Source of the DNA: Octopus vulgaris
Taxonomy: Eukaryota
DNA: 64,000 bases
Assembly: GCA_951406725.2 (NCBI GenBank)
Contig: OX597825.1
Span: 47,740,001-47,804,000, forward strand
Direction: 5' to 3'
Shown here: positions 23,872 through 37,252 of the stretch, piece after piece
Layout: the number at the start of each line of letters is the position of its first letter
Numbering within the stretch: the first letter of the stretch is position 1
The notes under the pieces: generated by a model
The model's input: the letters and a program-made list of their open reading frames with translations, nothing else
Told to the model about the DNA's origin: nothing
Databases searched by the model: none
Translations under genes and position numbers: made by a program

Positions 23872-26035
23872 CGCCTACTATGATAGGAATTGTTTCTGTT
23901 TTTAGATTCCACATTCGAGTTACCTCTATTTCCAGGTCTTTGTATTTTGAAAGTTTCTCCATTTCTTTTAGAGAAACGTTGTCATCTGCTGGTATTGATA
24001 CATCAATTAGAAAGCATGTTTTTCTTCATGATTTCTGACAACTATATCTGGTCTGTTGGCCTTAATTTTTCCATCTGTGTGTATTGGCATATCCCAGAGT
24101 ATGGTTGCTTTCTCGTTTTCTGTGACCTTCTCTGGTGGGTGCCTATACCATCTTTTTTTCTGTTGTTACTCCATAGTGTTGGCATAGCTTTCAGTGTATG
24201 TGTAGGTCCCAACTCTGTCGTGTCTGTGAATATATTCCTTCTTAGCCAGGACTGGGCAGCCAGAGATATTATGATTTATTGTTTCTGGTCCATTCCCACA
24301 TATTCTGCCGTTACTTGTTACGTTTCTTTTCATTATATGTTTTTGGTAATTTCTGGTGGGGTGGCTTTGGTTTTGTGGTTCAATTAAAAATCCGTCCCTC
24401 TCTGCTTTGAGTCCTGAGCTTCTCAACCATTGCCGGGATTTTTCTCTGTCTATTTCTTTTGCATTCAGTTTAGTCCAGTATTTGCCATGAAGGGGCTTTT
24501 CTTGCCATCGTTTTATCATGGTCCGTTGCTGTTCTAGTTTTAGTTTGGATTTCATTTCTTTTATAGCTTTTGTTTCTTCTTCTTCTTCTTCTTCTTCTTC
24601 TTCTTCTTCTTCTTCTTCTTCTTCTTCTTCTTCTTCTTCTTCTTCTTCTTCTTCTTCTTCTTCTTCTTCATACTTGTTAGGTGATATGATTTCTTGTTTG
24701 TATTTGTTAGCTTCCTTAAATACTGAGAACAATTTTTTGTTTTGCTCGCGTTTTGCCGCTATTTCTATCAGTTTTCATTGCTTCTGAAGTAGATATTTTT
24801 GCAGTCGTATGGTGGTTATTTTATAATAGTTTTCCAGCTGTATAAGGCCTCTACCACCTTCTATACGTTGTATATATAGCCTTTCTATGTCAGATTTTGG
24901 GTGATGCATCCTAGATCCTGTCATTATCTTTCTTGTTTTCCTGTTTATTTTTAGGTTAGTTCATTTAGTGTCCAGTTAAGGATATTGTAGCTGTAACCTA
25001 TAACTGGGACGGCTAAAGTATTAATACCTATTATCTTGTTTTTAGCATTGAGCTCTGTTTTCAGTATTGATCTAACTCGTCTATAGTATTCTTTCTTTAT
25101 TTTCTCTTTCATTTGTGTGTGTTATATCTAGTTCATGGATTCCTAAATATTTGTACGTTTGGCTTTGATCTAATTCTCTTATTTCATTGGCTTTATCTAG
25201 TGTGATGTTGCTACTCTTAACTAGCTTTCCTCTTTTCAGGGTTGCTTTGGCACATTTTTCTAATCTAAATTTCATATTTATTTGTTTGGTAAATCCATGT
25301 GCTGTCTATAGTAGTATTTCCAGCTGTTTATCATTTGTAGCGTATAGTTTTAGGTCATCTATATATATAACAGGTAACTGATTGTTTTGCCGTAACATTT
25401 GTATCCGCATCCAGTTCTATTTAGCATGTCAGATAGAGGTGTCAGTGCCAAGCAGAAAAGGAGTGGGGAGAGCGTGTCTCCCTGGAATATTCTTCTTTTA
25501 ATGGGGAAGGCTTTGGTTTTCACGAGTCCCTCTTTTGTTTGGAGCTGTAGCACTGTCAGCCATTTATTCATAGAATTTCTTATATATTCTATAATTATTG
25601 GTGCTACCTTGTTGATGGCTAGTGTTTCAAGGATCCACGTGTGGGGAAAACTATCAAAAGCCTTTCGGCAGTCGATCCAGGCCATACTGAAGCCTTTCTT
25701 CTTTCTGTGGCTGTCTTCAGTTATGGCTCTATTGATCATTAGTTTATCTTTACAGCCGTATGGGCCCTTGCAGCATCCCTTCTGCTCTTCTAGAAACAGG
25801 TTGTTTTCTTCCAGATTAATCCGTTTGTCTGTCCTTGCTCAATCTCTGCGATATTATTGCAGTAAAAGGCTTTGTAAATTGTGGTTTTGCCATTTCGGTG
25901 GATTTGGGAAATAGGTAAGTTTTCCTATTGTGAGACATTCAGGCATTGTCCCTGGCTCTGCTAGTATGTCATTAACGTTTTCAGCCAGCTTTTTGTGTAT
26001 TCTTATCAGATATTTTAACCAGAAGTTGGGGGTCA
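23872..26035 (-). mobile_element. Large frameshifted family B fragment (RT to REL) with internal (GAA)n
   Basis: PNFWLK, WIDCRKAFDS, FQGDTLSPLLF, YIDDLKL, YKYLG, poly-Glu, WQEKPLHGKY, RHD, NRPDIVV. Confidence 0.9.
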
Positions 26036-26061
26036 TTATTATTATTATTATTATTATTATT

Positions 26062-26546
26062 CAGTAGTTTTATTTTTATTTTTATAGCGTGCTTTCACTT
26101 CACTACCGAGCGCAGCTTGTGTGCCTTGGGTATGTGCTGTGATTTGTTGTGATGCTCTGATGGTTATTGTATGGAAAGTGTTCTGCGTAGGATGTGTGCA
26201 GTGCCTAGTAGTGCAATTTTCTGTATGTTATATGTGTTTGTAAGTCCTGGTGTTTTTGTTATGTATTTGTCTGAATATTTTTTTATCATGCCTAATGCAC
26301 CTACTATGATAGGAATTGTTTCTGTTTTCAGATTCCACATTCTAGTTACCTCTATTTCCAGGTCTTTGTATTTTGAGCGTTTCTCCATTTCTTTTAGAGA
26401 CACGTTGTCATCTGCCGGTACTGATACATCAATTAGAAAGCATTTTTTTTCTTCATGGTCTCTGACAACTATATCTGGTCTGTTGGCCTTAATTTCTCTA
26501 TCTGTGTGTATCGGCATATCCCAGAGTATGGTTGCTTTCTCGTTTC

Positions 26547-26547
<1 letters not shown>
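26062..26547 (-). mobile_element. 5'-truncated family B (REL plus 3' UTR) between (ATT)n tracts
   Basis: ILWDMPIHTDREIKANRPDIVVRD..IDVSVPAD..KYKDLEIE..IPIIVGALG. Confidence 0.92.
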
Positions 26548-26609
<62 letters not shown>

Positions 26610-26623
26610 CATCATCATCATCA

Positions 26624-26678
<55 letters not shown>

Positions 26679-26680
<2 letters not shown>

Positions 26681-27520
26681 GTTTGACTTTTGCTTTGTAT
26701 TTGTACTAGTTGACTCCAAGTCTCACCCAGAGACCTCAAGAGACAACAAGTTGGAAGTTCAAGTTGTTATTAGAAGTTCAAGTTGGCCGTGGAAGTCATC
26801 TATTTGGTTTTGCACATAGTATCGTTCTAGAGGATGTTTAAGAAAACATAAGAAAATTATGTTTGTTTTAAAATTTGGGATTAAATAGAGAGTATTTTAC
26901 GTAGGATATGGGCATTTTCCATGAGTACTACCTTATGAATGTCTGCCATTCTGGGATTTCCTGGTATCTGAGCTAGGTAGCAACTAGCTCCTTTTGCTGT
27001 CATTCCCAGGTTACTTATGTCAACAGGTATTGTTTTGGTCATGAGGTTCCACATTTTGCCAATTTCTATTTCAATATCTTTATACTTGTTCAGTTTTTGG
27101 TAGGTCTTAACAGATACATTTACGTCGATTGGGACAGTTATATCCATGAGGAAGCATGATTTTTATCTGAAGTCTTTCAATATAATGTCTGGCCTATTCG
27201 TATCTATCTTTTTGTCAGTTTAAACGGTGAAGTTCCAGAGGAGTGAGATGTGATCATTTTCAAGCATTGGAGATGGTTTGTGTTCCCACCAGGTTTTTAT
27301 CATGGGACAGGTCCAGGGTTTTGCAAATTATCAAGTGAATATACTGCTCTATCTATAGGCACAAGAAGACTGCACATGGAGGCATGATCAATGGTTTCAT
27401 TTTGTTGTTGACATACACGGTATGTTGGGCTACTGCCGTCCTTTAATATGTTGGCCTGGCAGCTCCTTGTTGGGAAGCATTGATCTTGGGCTGCTATGAT
27501 AAACCCTTTTGTTTCTGATT
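26679..27520 (-). mobile_element. Diverged family A-like 3' fragment
   Basis: KSETKGFIIAAQDQC, MDITVPIDVNVSVKTYQKLNKYKDIEIE and a family A-type terminus. Confidence 0.85.
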
Positions 27521-28571
27521 TTCTAATTTTCTGATGAGACAAACTAACATTCCGAGATTTAAATATCTTGACGAGCGACTCAGTGCCGTGCCGACGGCAA
27601 CATGTGAAATGTCATCCAATAATTATGTCGAGACACTAACTACATTTTCAGCTCTCATTCTCTTTCAGTTAATTTCTCTCCATTAACACAGTGAAAATAA
27701 GGATAGTCTTGACAGCTGGAAAATTATTGGAGAGAATGTTACAAAATAAATAAATAAATAAATAAATAAAAGTGGGTTGGCTATTGGAATTTCATTGTAA
27801 TACAAAACATTAAAATATTCCATTCGCAACTGTCTTTTAATGCTCACCTTAGTTCTAACATAGATTAAGACGCCCATGTCTAACTTACATCATACCTGAC
27901 ATAGACACCTGTTTTCTGTTGACTTTCTCGGAGAGTTACATAGACACATTCTTCTATTCATATTGACAAATCCTGTTAAAACAGTGATCAAAGATTGGTA
28001 GCCAGGTATTAATCCTGTTTCGCTATTTGACGTCGGAAAAGATTGTCTGTCAAAGATGCACGAGTAAACAGGCAAGACATGCCAATTACTGGGTTTCCAA
28101 TGGAGTGGAATTATTAGTTTTAACAGGGTTTCATTTGTAAATGACTCTTTGTTAGTTCAAGTATGAAGTAACATGTTTGATTCTAAAATGATACTAGAGA
28201 GTGAGAGAGGTCATCTGTGTAGATGTTTTGAGGAGCAACGTTTACACACCGGTGAATGAGTGCATGTGTGTGTGTGTGTGCGTGTGTATGTTTGTGTGTG
28301 TGTGTGTGTGTGCGTGTGTATGTTTTTGTGAGTGCGTGAGAGAGAGAGAGAGAGAGAGAGATCATGGGCGATAGTAGTTGCAGAAGGAACCGTGTGTTCA
28401 TGGGAATGTAATATGTAACCATTGAGCAGTGTGTTATATCACTGTGTTAAATTCTTGTCGCTCATATGTTGAGTGTTTCCATACAAATTAGTTGTATATG
28501 TGTATATATGCGCTGACACATCACAAAGGCATATGCAGATATGTATGTATATTCGGTTGTGTCAGGAGAAA

Positions 28572-28806
28572 GGGCGGCGAGCTGGCAGAAACGTTAGTAC
28601 GCCGGATGAAATGCGTAACCGTATTTCGTCTGCCATTACGTTCTGAGTTCAAATTCCGCCGAGGTCGACATTGCCTTTCATCCTTTCGGGGTTAATTAAA
28701 TAAGTACCAGTTACGCACTGGGGTCGATATAATCGACTTAATCCGTTTGTCTGTCCTTGTTTGTCCTCTCTGTGTTTAGCCCCTTGTAGGTGGTAAAGAA
28801 ATAGGT
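28572..28806 (+). mobile_element. Full-length SINE type 1 (variant with TAGCCCCTTGT..TAAAGAAAT tail)
   Basis: GGCGGCGAGCTGGCAGAAACGTTAG head, GAGTTCAAATTCC B box, conserved central domain; near-identical to 52621-52846. Confidence 0.9.
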
Positions 28807-29486
28807 TGTGTCAGGAGACAGTAATTTTCTTTTTATGCCTTTTAATTTAACCCACTCATCGGTAAAATTTCCACATATTTCTTATTTTTATTTTCCTAAA
28901 ATTTCCGTTGCGTCTTGTAACATTTTCAGTAGTGGAAATGTACCAGTGAGTGCGTTAAATTATAAGGCACAAAAAGAAAATGACTCTCCCCAGACACAAT
29001 AGAATATGCTTCAACATCCGAACTCACATAAAGAATCTTACAAACCAAATCCATAAACGATATATGTATATACGTATATGATTATGTATATAAATAAATT
29101 ACAAACACATGTACATACACTTACACAGACAATATCATTAAGTACATATCTCTATGCAATGTATGTATGGATATATTAGTGCAAGTGTGATTATCTAAAT
29201 CTATTTATCTATCTATGTACCTTTCTGTCTGTTTGCCTGTCTATTTATCTATCTATCTACCTGCGTTTATATATGTATATATATATTTGAAAAATATGAA
29301 ATATCCGCGTGACACTGTAATTGTTGTTCCTAACTTGTTCCAGAACTATTCAAGGAAATACTACTAACACTGGTGTATATATTTATAATAACTGTTTTGT
29401 AACTAGTTTGATAAGTGATAACGGATGAATCTCTCGGCCCTTGAATCACTCTGTTACTTCTGCCAAATATTAATGATGATGATGAT

Positions 29487-29535
<49 letters not shown>

Positions 29536-29537
29536 TA

Positions 29538-29720
29538 AAGGACTTACAAACACATATAACATATAGAAAATTGCACTACTGGACACTGCACACATCTTAC
29601 GCAAAACACTTTCAATAGAGTAACCAAAAGCATCACAACAAATCACAGCGCATACCCAAGGCACACAGAGCTGCGCTCGGTAGTGAAGTGAAAGCACGCT
29701 ATAAAAATATAACTACTGGA
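29538..29720 (+). mobile_element. Short 3' end of family B in (AAT)n
   Basis: Matches 31598-31780. Confidence 0.9.
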
Positions 29721-29760
29721 TAATAATAATTATAATAATAATAATAATAATAATAATAAA

Positions 29761-30302
29761 TGCCCTCATGCAGTACCAGGCAGTGGCTCTCGTGGCTTCT
29801 GATCTTAACTGATTGGAAGTGTTATCATGTACACTGTTTGTCTTGGTATAGAAGATGGGCTACATCAAATATTCTGCTCAATACCACAGATTTGCTTGTC
29901 AGTTGTTTGGCCTTAACCAGTTGACCAGTTGATGATATGTGCATCTCTAATCATGAGTAGAAGTAGTGGGTGAGCATCATAGCCATGTGTTGAGAGGGAT
30001 TCTTTGGAGTTTGAATAATTCACCACTGGAAACATAGGTGTTTCGTTCAACATCCTTAAACAACCCTTATTCAGGGACCTTTTGAGCGAGATGGGCTACT
30101 CGACCAGAAGAAAATTCTAACTGGGCCCCACCTGCAAGGTCATGTGCTGTTTATCTTGACATTAGATCACCATGTCGCACACTGATGTTTGTGATGCATG
30201 TGCCTGGTGTACCCTTATTAGACAGGCAGTCATGACGGGTATACTGGGCTTCGTAAATTTTACCCCAGTGTCACTTTGATAGCATGCACTGCTCTCTCAC
30301 TC

Positions 30303-30303
<1 letters not shown>
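29761..30303 (+). mobile_element. About 540-bp non-coding retroposon-like insert flanked by (AAT)n
   Basis: AAT tracts on both sides; its 3' 230 bp recurs inverted at 21346-21549, again ending in AAT. Confidence 0.7.
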
Positions 30304-30334
<31 letters not shown>

Positions 30335-31780
30335 GTCACAACACACACAAATGAAAGAGAAAATAAAAAAAGAATATTATAGATGAGTTAGATCAATACT
30401 AAAAACAGAGCTCAATGCTAAAAACAAGATAATAGGTATTAACTGTTTAGCTGTCCCAGTTATAAGTTACAGCTACAATATCCTTAACTGGACACGAAAT
30501 GAACTGTCCAAAATAGATATGAAAATAATGACAGGATCTAGGATGCATCACCCAAAATCTGACATAGAAAGACTATATATACAACGTATAGAAGGTGGTA
30601 GAGGCCTTATACAGCTGGAAAACTACTATAAAATAACCACCATAGGATGCAAAAATATCTACTTCAGAAGGAAGGAAAACTGATACAAATAGCGGCAAAA
30701 CACGAGCAAAACAAAAAACTGTTCTCAGTATTTAAGAAAGCTGACAAATACAAACAAGAAATCATACCACCTAAGAAATATGAAGAAGAAGAAGAAGAAG
30801 AAGAAGAAGAAGAAGAAGAAGAAGAAGAAGAAGAAGAAGAAGAAACAACAAAAGCTATAAAAGAAATGAAATCCAAACTAAAACTAGAACAGCAAAGAAC
30901 CATGATAAAACGATGGCAAGAAAAGCCCCTTCATGGTAAATACTGGACTAAACTAAATGCAAAAGAAATAGACAAAGAAAAATCCCAGCAATGGTTGAGA
31001 AGCTCAGGACTCAAAGCAGACCAGAGGGATTTTTAATTGCAGCACAAGACCAAAGCCTCCCCACCAGAAATTACCAAAAACATATAATGAAAAGAAATAT
31101 AACAAGTAACTGCAGAATATGTGGAGATGGACCAGAAACAATAAATCATATTATCTCTGGTTGCCCAGTCCTGGCTAAGAAGGAATATATTCACAGACAT
31201 GACAGAGTTGGGACCTACATACACTGAAAGCTATGCCAACACTATGGAGTAACAACAGAAAAAAGATGCTATAGGCACACACCAGAAAAGGTCACAGAAA
31301 ACGAGAAAGCAACCATACTCTGGGATATGCCGATACACACAGATAGAGAAATTAAGGCCAACAAACCAGATATAGTTGTCAGAGATCATGAAGAAAAACA
31401 TGCTTTCTAATTGATGTATCAATACCGGCAGATGACAACGTTTCTCTAAAAGAAATGGAGAAACTTTCAAAATACAAAGACCTGGAAATAGAGGTAACCA
31501 GAATGTGGAATCTAAAAACAGAAACAATTCCTATCATAGTAATGCACCATTAGGGATGATAAAAAATATTCATACAAATACATAACAAAAACACCAGGAC
31601 TTACAAACACATATAACGTACAGAAAATTGCACTACTAGGCACTGCACACATCCTACGCAGAACACTTTCCATACAATAACCATTAGAGCATCACAACAA
31701 ATCACAGCACATAACCCAAGGCACACAGAGCTGCGCTCGGTAGTGAAGTGAAAGCACGCTATGAAAATAAAACTACTGAA
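30335..31780 (+). mobile_element. 5'-truncated family B (thumb, poly-Glu linker, CCHC, REL, 3' UTR)
   Basis: RLYIQRIEGGRGL, (GAA)n, WQEKPLHGKY, CRICGDGPETINHIISGC, RHD, KPDIVV; AAT on both sides. Confidence 0.92.
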
Positions 31781-32325
31781 GAATGATAATAATAATAATA
31801 ATATATATATTCAAGTTTTTAGCTCTTTTTTCATATTTGTGTTCCAAACCTCTGGGTATGTGTGTGTGCCTGTGTGTATGTGCGTTTGTGTTTGTGCTTG
31901 AGTGTGAATACACATTATATCATTAATGTGTTGAACAAGAATGGTCTAAGACAGCTGTTTCTACTATAGACACAAGGTCTATCGAATGATATAAGATAAC
32001 AATTAGAGAAACACTGTTGTAGCTGTTTCATGAATTTATGTTATCCATCTCCCACTCTAATGCATCAGTCAGTGGGATGCTATAACATTCATTAATATTC
32101 GTTAGTATTAATTGAATGTACATTAGTATAATATATATAATTACACATCTCTGTTTCTATAATTTATATTTGTACTATGTAAACGAATAATGTAGGATAC
32201 GTCATGAAAGTTTTAGTTGATCAAATTGTTGTAAAATGTAAACAATGCCTTAAAATCTCAATCAGGTTAAACTTGGTCGTTGTATTTAGGACAACACTTC
32301 ATAAATGGCACCTGTTCCTGTCCAC

Positions 32326-32362
<37 letters not shown>

Positions 32363-32454
32363 AGAGCGATATAGTTCGCTTGAAGCAGTGTGGTATAGAA
32401 GTTGAATAATAAACGAAAAGGGAAATGAGGAACGCTTCTAAGAATGCAGAGAGG

Positions 32455-33600
32455 ACAGCCATGACGTGGTACACCTCGGTTCCTGCCCTTCCCACGGTCG
32501 ATATGAAGACGGAATGCATCTCCTCCTCGAACTTACTATTGTCAGTCATAGCTGTCAACACTCACTTTGATTTCTTTGGCAATACATACAGTGTTCAACC
32601 TACATACGTGGTCCAGCCTTTCTGGCTTGCTTGCTTGCTATTACGTGCATAAAGCGGTTGGAGTATAGAGCATCTAATACCTGCCGCTCATACACCTTTT
32701 TCACTAATTGTGTGGATGACATCCTCACACTCACTTTATCCCATGAGGATGCCTCTGCAATACTGGAAAGCTTCAAAGACGTGGACCAACACATGGACTT
32801 CATCATCGAACACCCGAATCATGATGATTCCTTTTATTTGCTCGACTTTAAGCATCACAGTCGGGGAACGAATCGTCACAGTGCTCTATCGAAAGGCAAC
32901 CTGCCGAGATCTCTTCGTTCATTACATTCGGCCCTTCTCGTCAGTGCTAAGATCGGCTACATACGAAATGAGATCTCCAGTATACACATCAAATACAGTG
33001 ATAGCACCAGCCAGAACACATAGATTGCACAGTTTCTCAAGATACTTGAAATCAACGGATATCCAACGTCTGTTACAAACACTTTACATGGGTGCAAACC
33101 AAATAAACGTAGCAAGAGGAATTTCTCTAGGATCTGCTTCTTGGGGATTCCCTATTTCAAGAGAAGGGCCATTTTTGCCATCTGAAAGACCATCTACAGG
33201 GAAAGCCTCAGCATCTGGCTACCCCACACGAGAGCGTTTGCGTAGACGTGTGTCCATGAAGAGATTGTATGCGGAACAGCAGACCTGCTCACTGGTGAAC
33301 TGTTCTGCCCGCGACACTAGAAAGTGTCTGCAAACATACGTGGTATACTAGAAACATTGTTTCAAATGCGGTAACTATTATATCGGTAGTATGGTCCGAC
33401 CGTTCCATATCCGACTTAAGGAACACCTGACTATAAACGTGTTTTCCTGCCGCAAGCTCATAATCAAATGTGGCAAAACCACTAAAGAGATAAGCGCCTC
33501 CATACTGACCACGGAGAGAAATAGAAGAGATCTCCGTGCCAAGGAATCTTTACTGATCTACAGATTTAACCCGAAGATCAACCGCTCTCTATGTCGCTGC
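32455..33600 (+). mobile_element. Decayed Penelope-like element (RT C-terminal half plus GIY-YIG)
   Basis: YTSVP, NTHFDFFG, CVDDI (YVDD), LYRKAT..LFVHY, NGYP, and VVY*KHCFKCGNYYIGSMVRPFHIRLKEH. Confidence 0.8.
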
Positions 33601-35467
33601 AACCACAACCAGCATCATCACCACCACGATGCTTTCTTGTATATACAATCAGATCAGTTATTCCACTCACCGATAACTGAATGTATTTTAAAATGTTATA
33701 ATATTGTATTAGTTTTCATAAAAACTCTGCTTTAGCAGGGTTTGGAGAAAATTTTTTTCATTAGAACATTTTCTCATTGAAGGTTGAACATGAAATGTTT
33801 TAAATATAATATTGACATTCTTCCTTGTTGCTGGCAAGCAATCAGCGCACTAAGCATTGAAATATTTCCTAAGGTAACAAATTAGTGAGAGCTAACGATG
33901 AAACAGATTTCAACCCCTATTCTCCACTTGTCAAATTTTCTTAACATCATAGCGTCAAATTTTTCTCGTAAAAGTTTTTCTTCTAAAGTAACAGGTGTCT
34001 TTGGTACACCTGTTCGTAACTGAAGACATTTCCTTCCATAGAAGTAAAGTAATAGAACTGTTATGCATTTGAACACCTGCACGTAGGGAATATGTGTTTC
34101 AACATGCGTCATCACGCTATGAACATTGTACAGAGCATCTATTGTAAGGTTGAATCTATACCTGCTGCTCTTTATAACGATATGCTGCTATACTTATACA
34201 TGCAGACTTATAAACGCACGCACGCGTGCACACATACACATACATACACACACATTCATATACACACATGGTTAGTTCTAAATCATAAGTTTCGCATGTA
34301 AGACACAGCATATATTTTCACATTGTTTAAAGTTATAATTTTTTTTAAATCAGTAAAATTTGCAGGTTCCGTTTTTTACTGTGATAGCATGATGAGTGCG
34401 TGACAAAGTTATAATAAACGGTACATATGTACCTTGGATTACAGTTAAATACATACTGATAATATTTAAATAGGGAAATAGAAATTCCATTTCCCAACGG
34501 GAATTCAACTAGTTAACGTAACATTAGCAAAACAATTGCCACTTCTGTTGCTTATAATAATGAATTAAACCCAAACAAATACCATATGGTAATATATCAT
34601 GTCGTATCTGTTTGGAACTAAATAGGCTTAGCTGTTCAGGATTAAATTATTTGGTAATAGATACAAATAATAATCTCAATATGATGTCCCCCACGTACCC
34701 AATTAACGTGATTATTTAACACTCTTTTAGTGGATTGTTCTATAGGAAGGAGCTGTGCCTTTGGCCTTTGTAGATCAATGATATTGATTCCAGAGAGAGA
34801 TATTTTATTGCTATAGTTGTTGCGTATCTCTAAGCCAGTCTTTATGAAGCAAATCAGTGACAGGAGCTAGGTGAGTATTTTGTGTGACCCACATATTCAT
34901 CGCTCTAGATATACCATGCCATTGTCTAAAGGAATATTTTTACTGTTGGATACATCTATAAGCTGATTTATAAAATTTACGAAACAAGTTTGATTATTAT
35001 GGCCAGTGCATTATTTGAAAACTAACCTTTACAAATGTTTCTGTCGCACCTTTTATATCATCCCTGTCTCGTGGAAACCAGTCTGTCCAGCAACTGTGTA
35101 AAATAACACCTTTCAAGGATTTACCGTATATTTAACACGTCAATTTATCAAAACAGAAAATATCTTGTTTAGATAAAATGTACGGGTGTGGGTCGTGGTC
35201 GTCAATATTTTGAATACTGCAATGTTATCAGATTCATAACATTAATCTCTATTTTAATGAGAAAATTAAAATCAAAATTTCTCAATCCCATGCTCTTTTA
35301 TTTCAAGAATTCAACTTGTATCAACTTTTATCACTAAGTCAAATATAGGTAATGGCAACGTTGATTATCACACAGGAAATATCACGCAATACAAAAGTTA
35401 TCCTAATGTTATTGATTTTTAACAAATTATTTGTTGATGCATGCTGATATCTGCCAGTCAATTTGCA

Positions 35468-35907
35468 ATGTGCACGGTGAACAGCGAGAATCAGAACGAT
35501 TACATACATAATCATTCTTGATATGTTCCGGTGGAATCGCACGAGAATATGTTAATGACTGTTGTAATTCGTGAGTTGAGATCAATGTGTGTTCTTTTAG
35601 ATGAATGTGTGTTCATAGCACACTCAATTCATTATCATAAGGGACTTTGGGACATTCGGTACTTCAACATTATTGTGTCCCCTCAGCCAAAGTTACTCTG
35701 AACTAATGAATCTAACAGGAGTTTGTGATTTGTTTATAAATTCAGCACGAATCAGCAAATAATTTGATGAATTCGTATGAAAAGTGAAGCTATTCTCAAA
35801 TGAAGAAATACTACAGTGATTAACATATTTGCATTTAAATATGCCGGAATGTATTAAGAATGAATATGTAGGTCATCGTTCTGATTCTTGCTGTTCATCG
35901 TGCACAT
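35468..35907. mobile_element. MITE-like element with about 110-bp imperfect terminal inverted repeats
   Basis: 35468-35581 is an imperfect reverse complement of 35794-35907 (TGCACGGTGAACAGCGAGAATCAGAACGAT versus ATCGTTCTGATTCTTGCTGTTCATCGTGCA). Confidence 0.7.
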
Positions 35908-35985
35908 AACTTTACCATGTTATAATAAACATAATGTAATCATATTGTTACAAACGTTAGCATGTATTAATATACACATTTATAT

Positions 35986-36020
<35 letters not shown>

Positions 36021-37252
36021 GATAATTTATAAATAATAATTGTTAAAAACGAAATGATAGTAAACGTTCTAAATGATATTTTCATTGTAACACTGTTACA
36101 TTCAAGTTTTCTCTTCCTCTTCTCCTTTCCGTCATATCTTTGTTTCTTTATCAACTCTTGTCTACGTTCTTACTATTTCTTCTTTTCCTTGTACATTTTT
36201 ATCTCTTGCTTTTCTTTCGAAATTATTTTTGCATAGTGACTGGAATGTTGATATAAGATTTTAATGTTGATTTAAGGAAAAGAATGTCGATTCAGCTAAA
36301 TTCGTTAAAATACTGCTTTTATTTGTTGCTTCTGAATATTGAAAGACGCAGACGATAAACAGAGAGAGAACTATTCGGGTCTTGTAAGCAACACTTTCGA
36401 TGACAACCATTTTGACAGCATATGCCACTAGGGTTCATTCACTCGAATACTAATGTCAGTTAGACTAAATTGACAGCCACAATTGCAGTGACACTCTTAT
36501 GGCTTACTCTTGTAGTTATCTACTACAGTTTCATTATTACATTATTATAAGGTATCCTAATAACAACCTTATTATATTTCTGCAGGGGCTGATGTAAGTG
36601 TTAGTAAGAGATACAATCTCATGTATAAAGGGAGCGGCTTTTTATTGGGCTGCTGTGTCCATAGCCTCAGAATGAATGTAATTTCAGTGAACTAAAATAT
36701 GCTTGTATGGGAGAAAATTTGAAATGGAGGGCAAAAGACAAAACGAGAAAGTCTAAGGAGAGAAAGATCAGGAGAGAACCAGAGAAAATATGTGTGCGCA
36801 ATACTGACAAAAACTGAGACTGACTGACCTATATGCATTCATGCATACATACACACAGGGGGACAGACAGACAAACAGGCAGACAGGCAGACAGACGGAC
36901 AGACATGTATGCATAGGCTTTTGGGCGCTTAATGAGAATTTACTCCACTATCACTCTCCTCGGTCACCTGGAGAAAGCTTGTGATTCTACCTTTGCCTAG
37001 CAGGACAAGTTGAGCTCGGTAGGATATCAACCGCTGTTCGAAGTTCGATCTGTGAAACTTCACTTCCATCTTAACCATCATCCTGGGGCCATGTCCCAGC
37101 AATCTTGCTGTCTTAATCCTTCAAAATCAATGCTCATACCTCATTCCTGATCAGCAACCTGGAGCTTCATGCATACATACATACATACATACATACATAC
37201 ATACATACATACATACATACATACATACATACATACATACATACATACATAC

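Noticed and set aside
28572-28660. tRNA-like sequence
   Set aside because: A and B boxes are present but there is no complete cloverleaf, and it continues into a SINE body that recurs many times
31950-32035. Two GAAACAGCT motifs on the minus strand resembling hammerhead 3' halves
   Set aside because: No matching CTGANGA core or stem II was found
34745-34878. Possible host exon (TATAG acceptor, AG/GTGAGT donor)
   Set aside because: All three frames contain stops and there is no supporting neighbouring exon; a non-coding exon cannot be excluded
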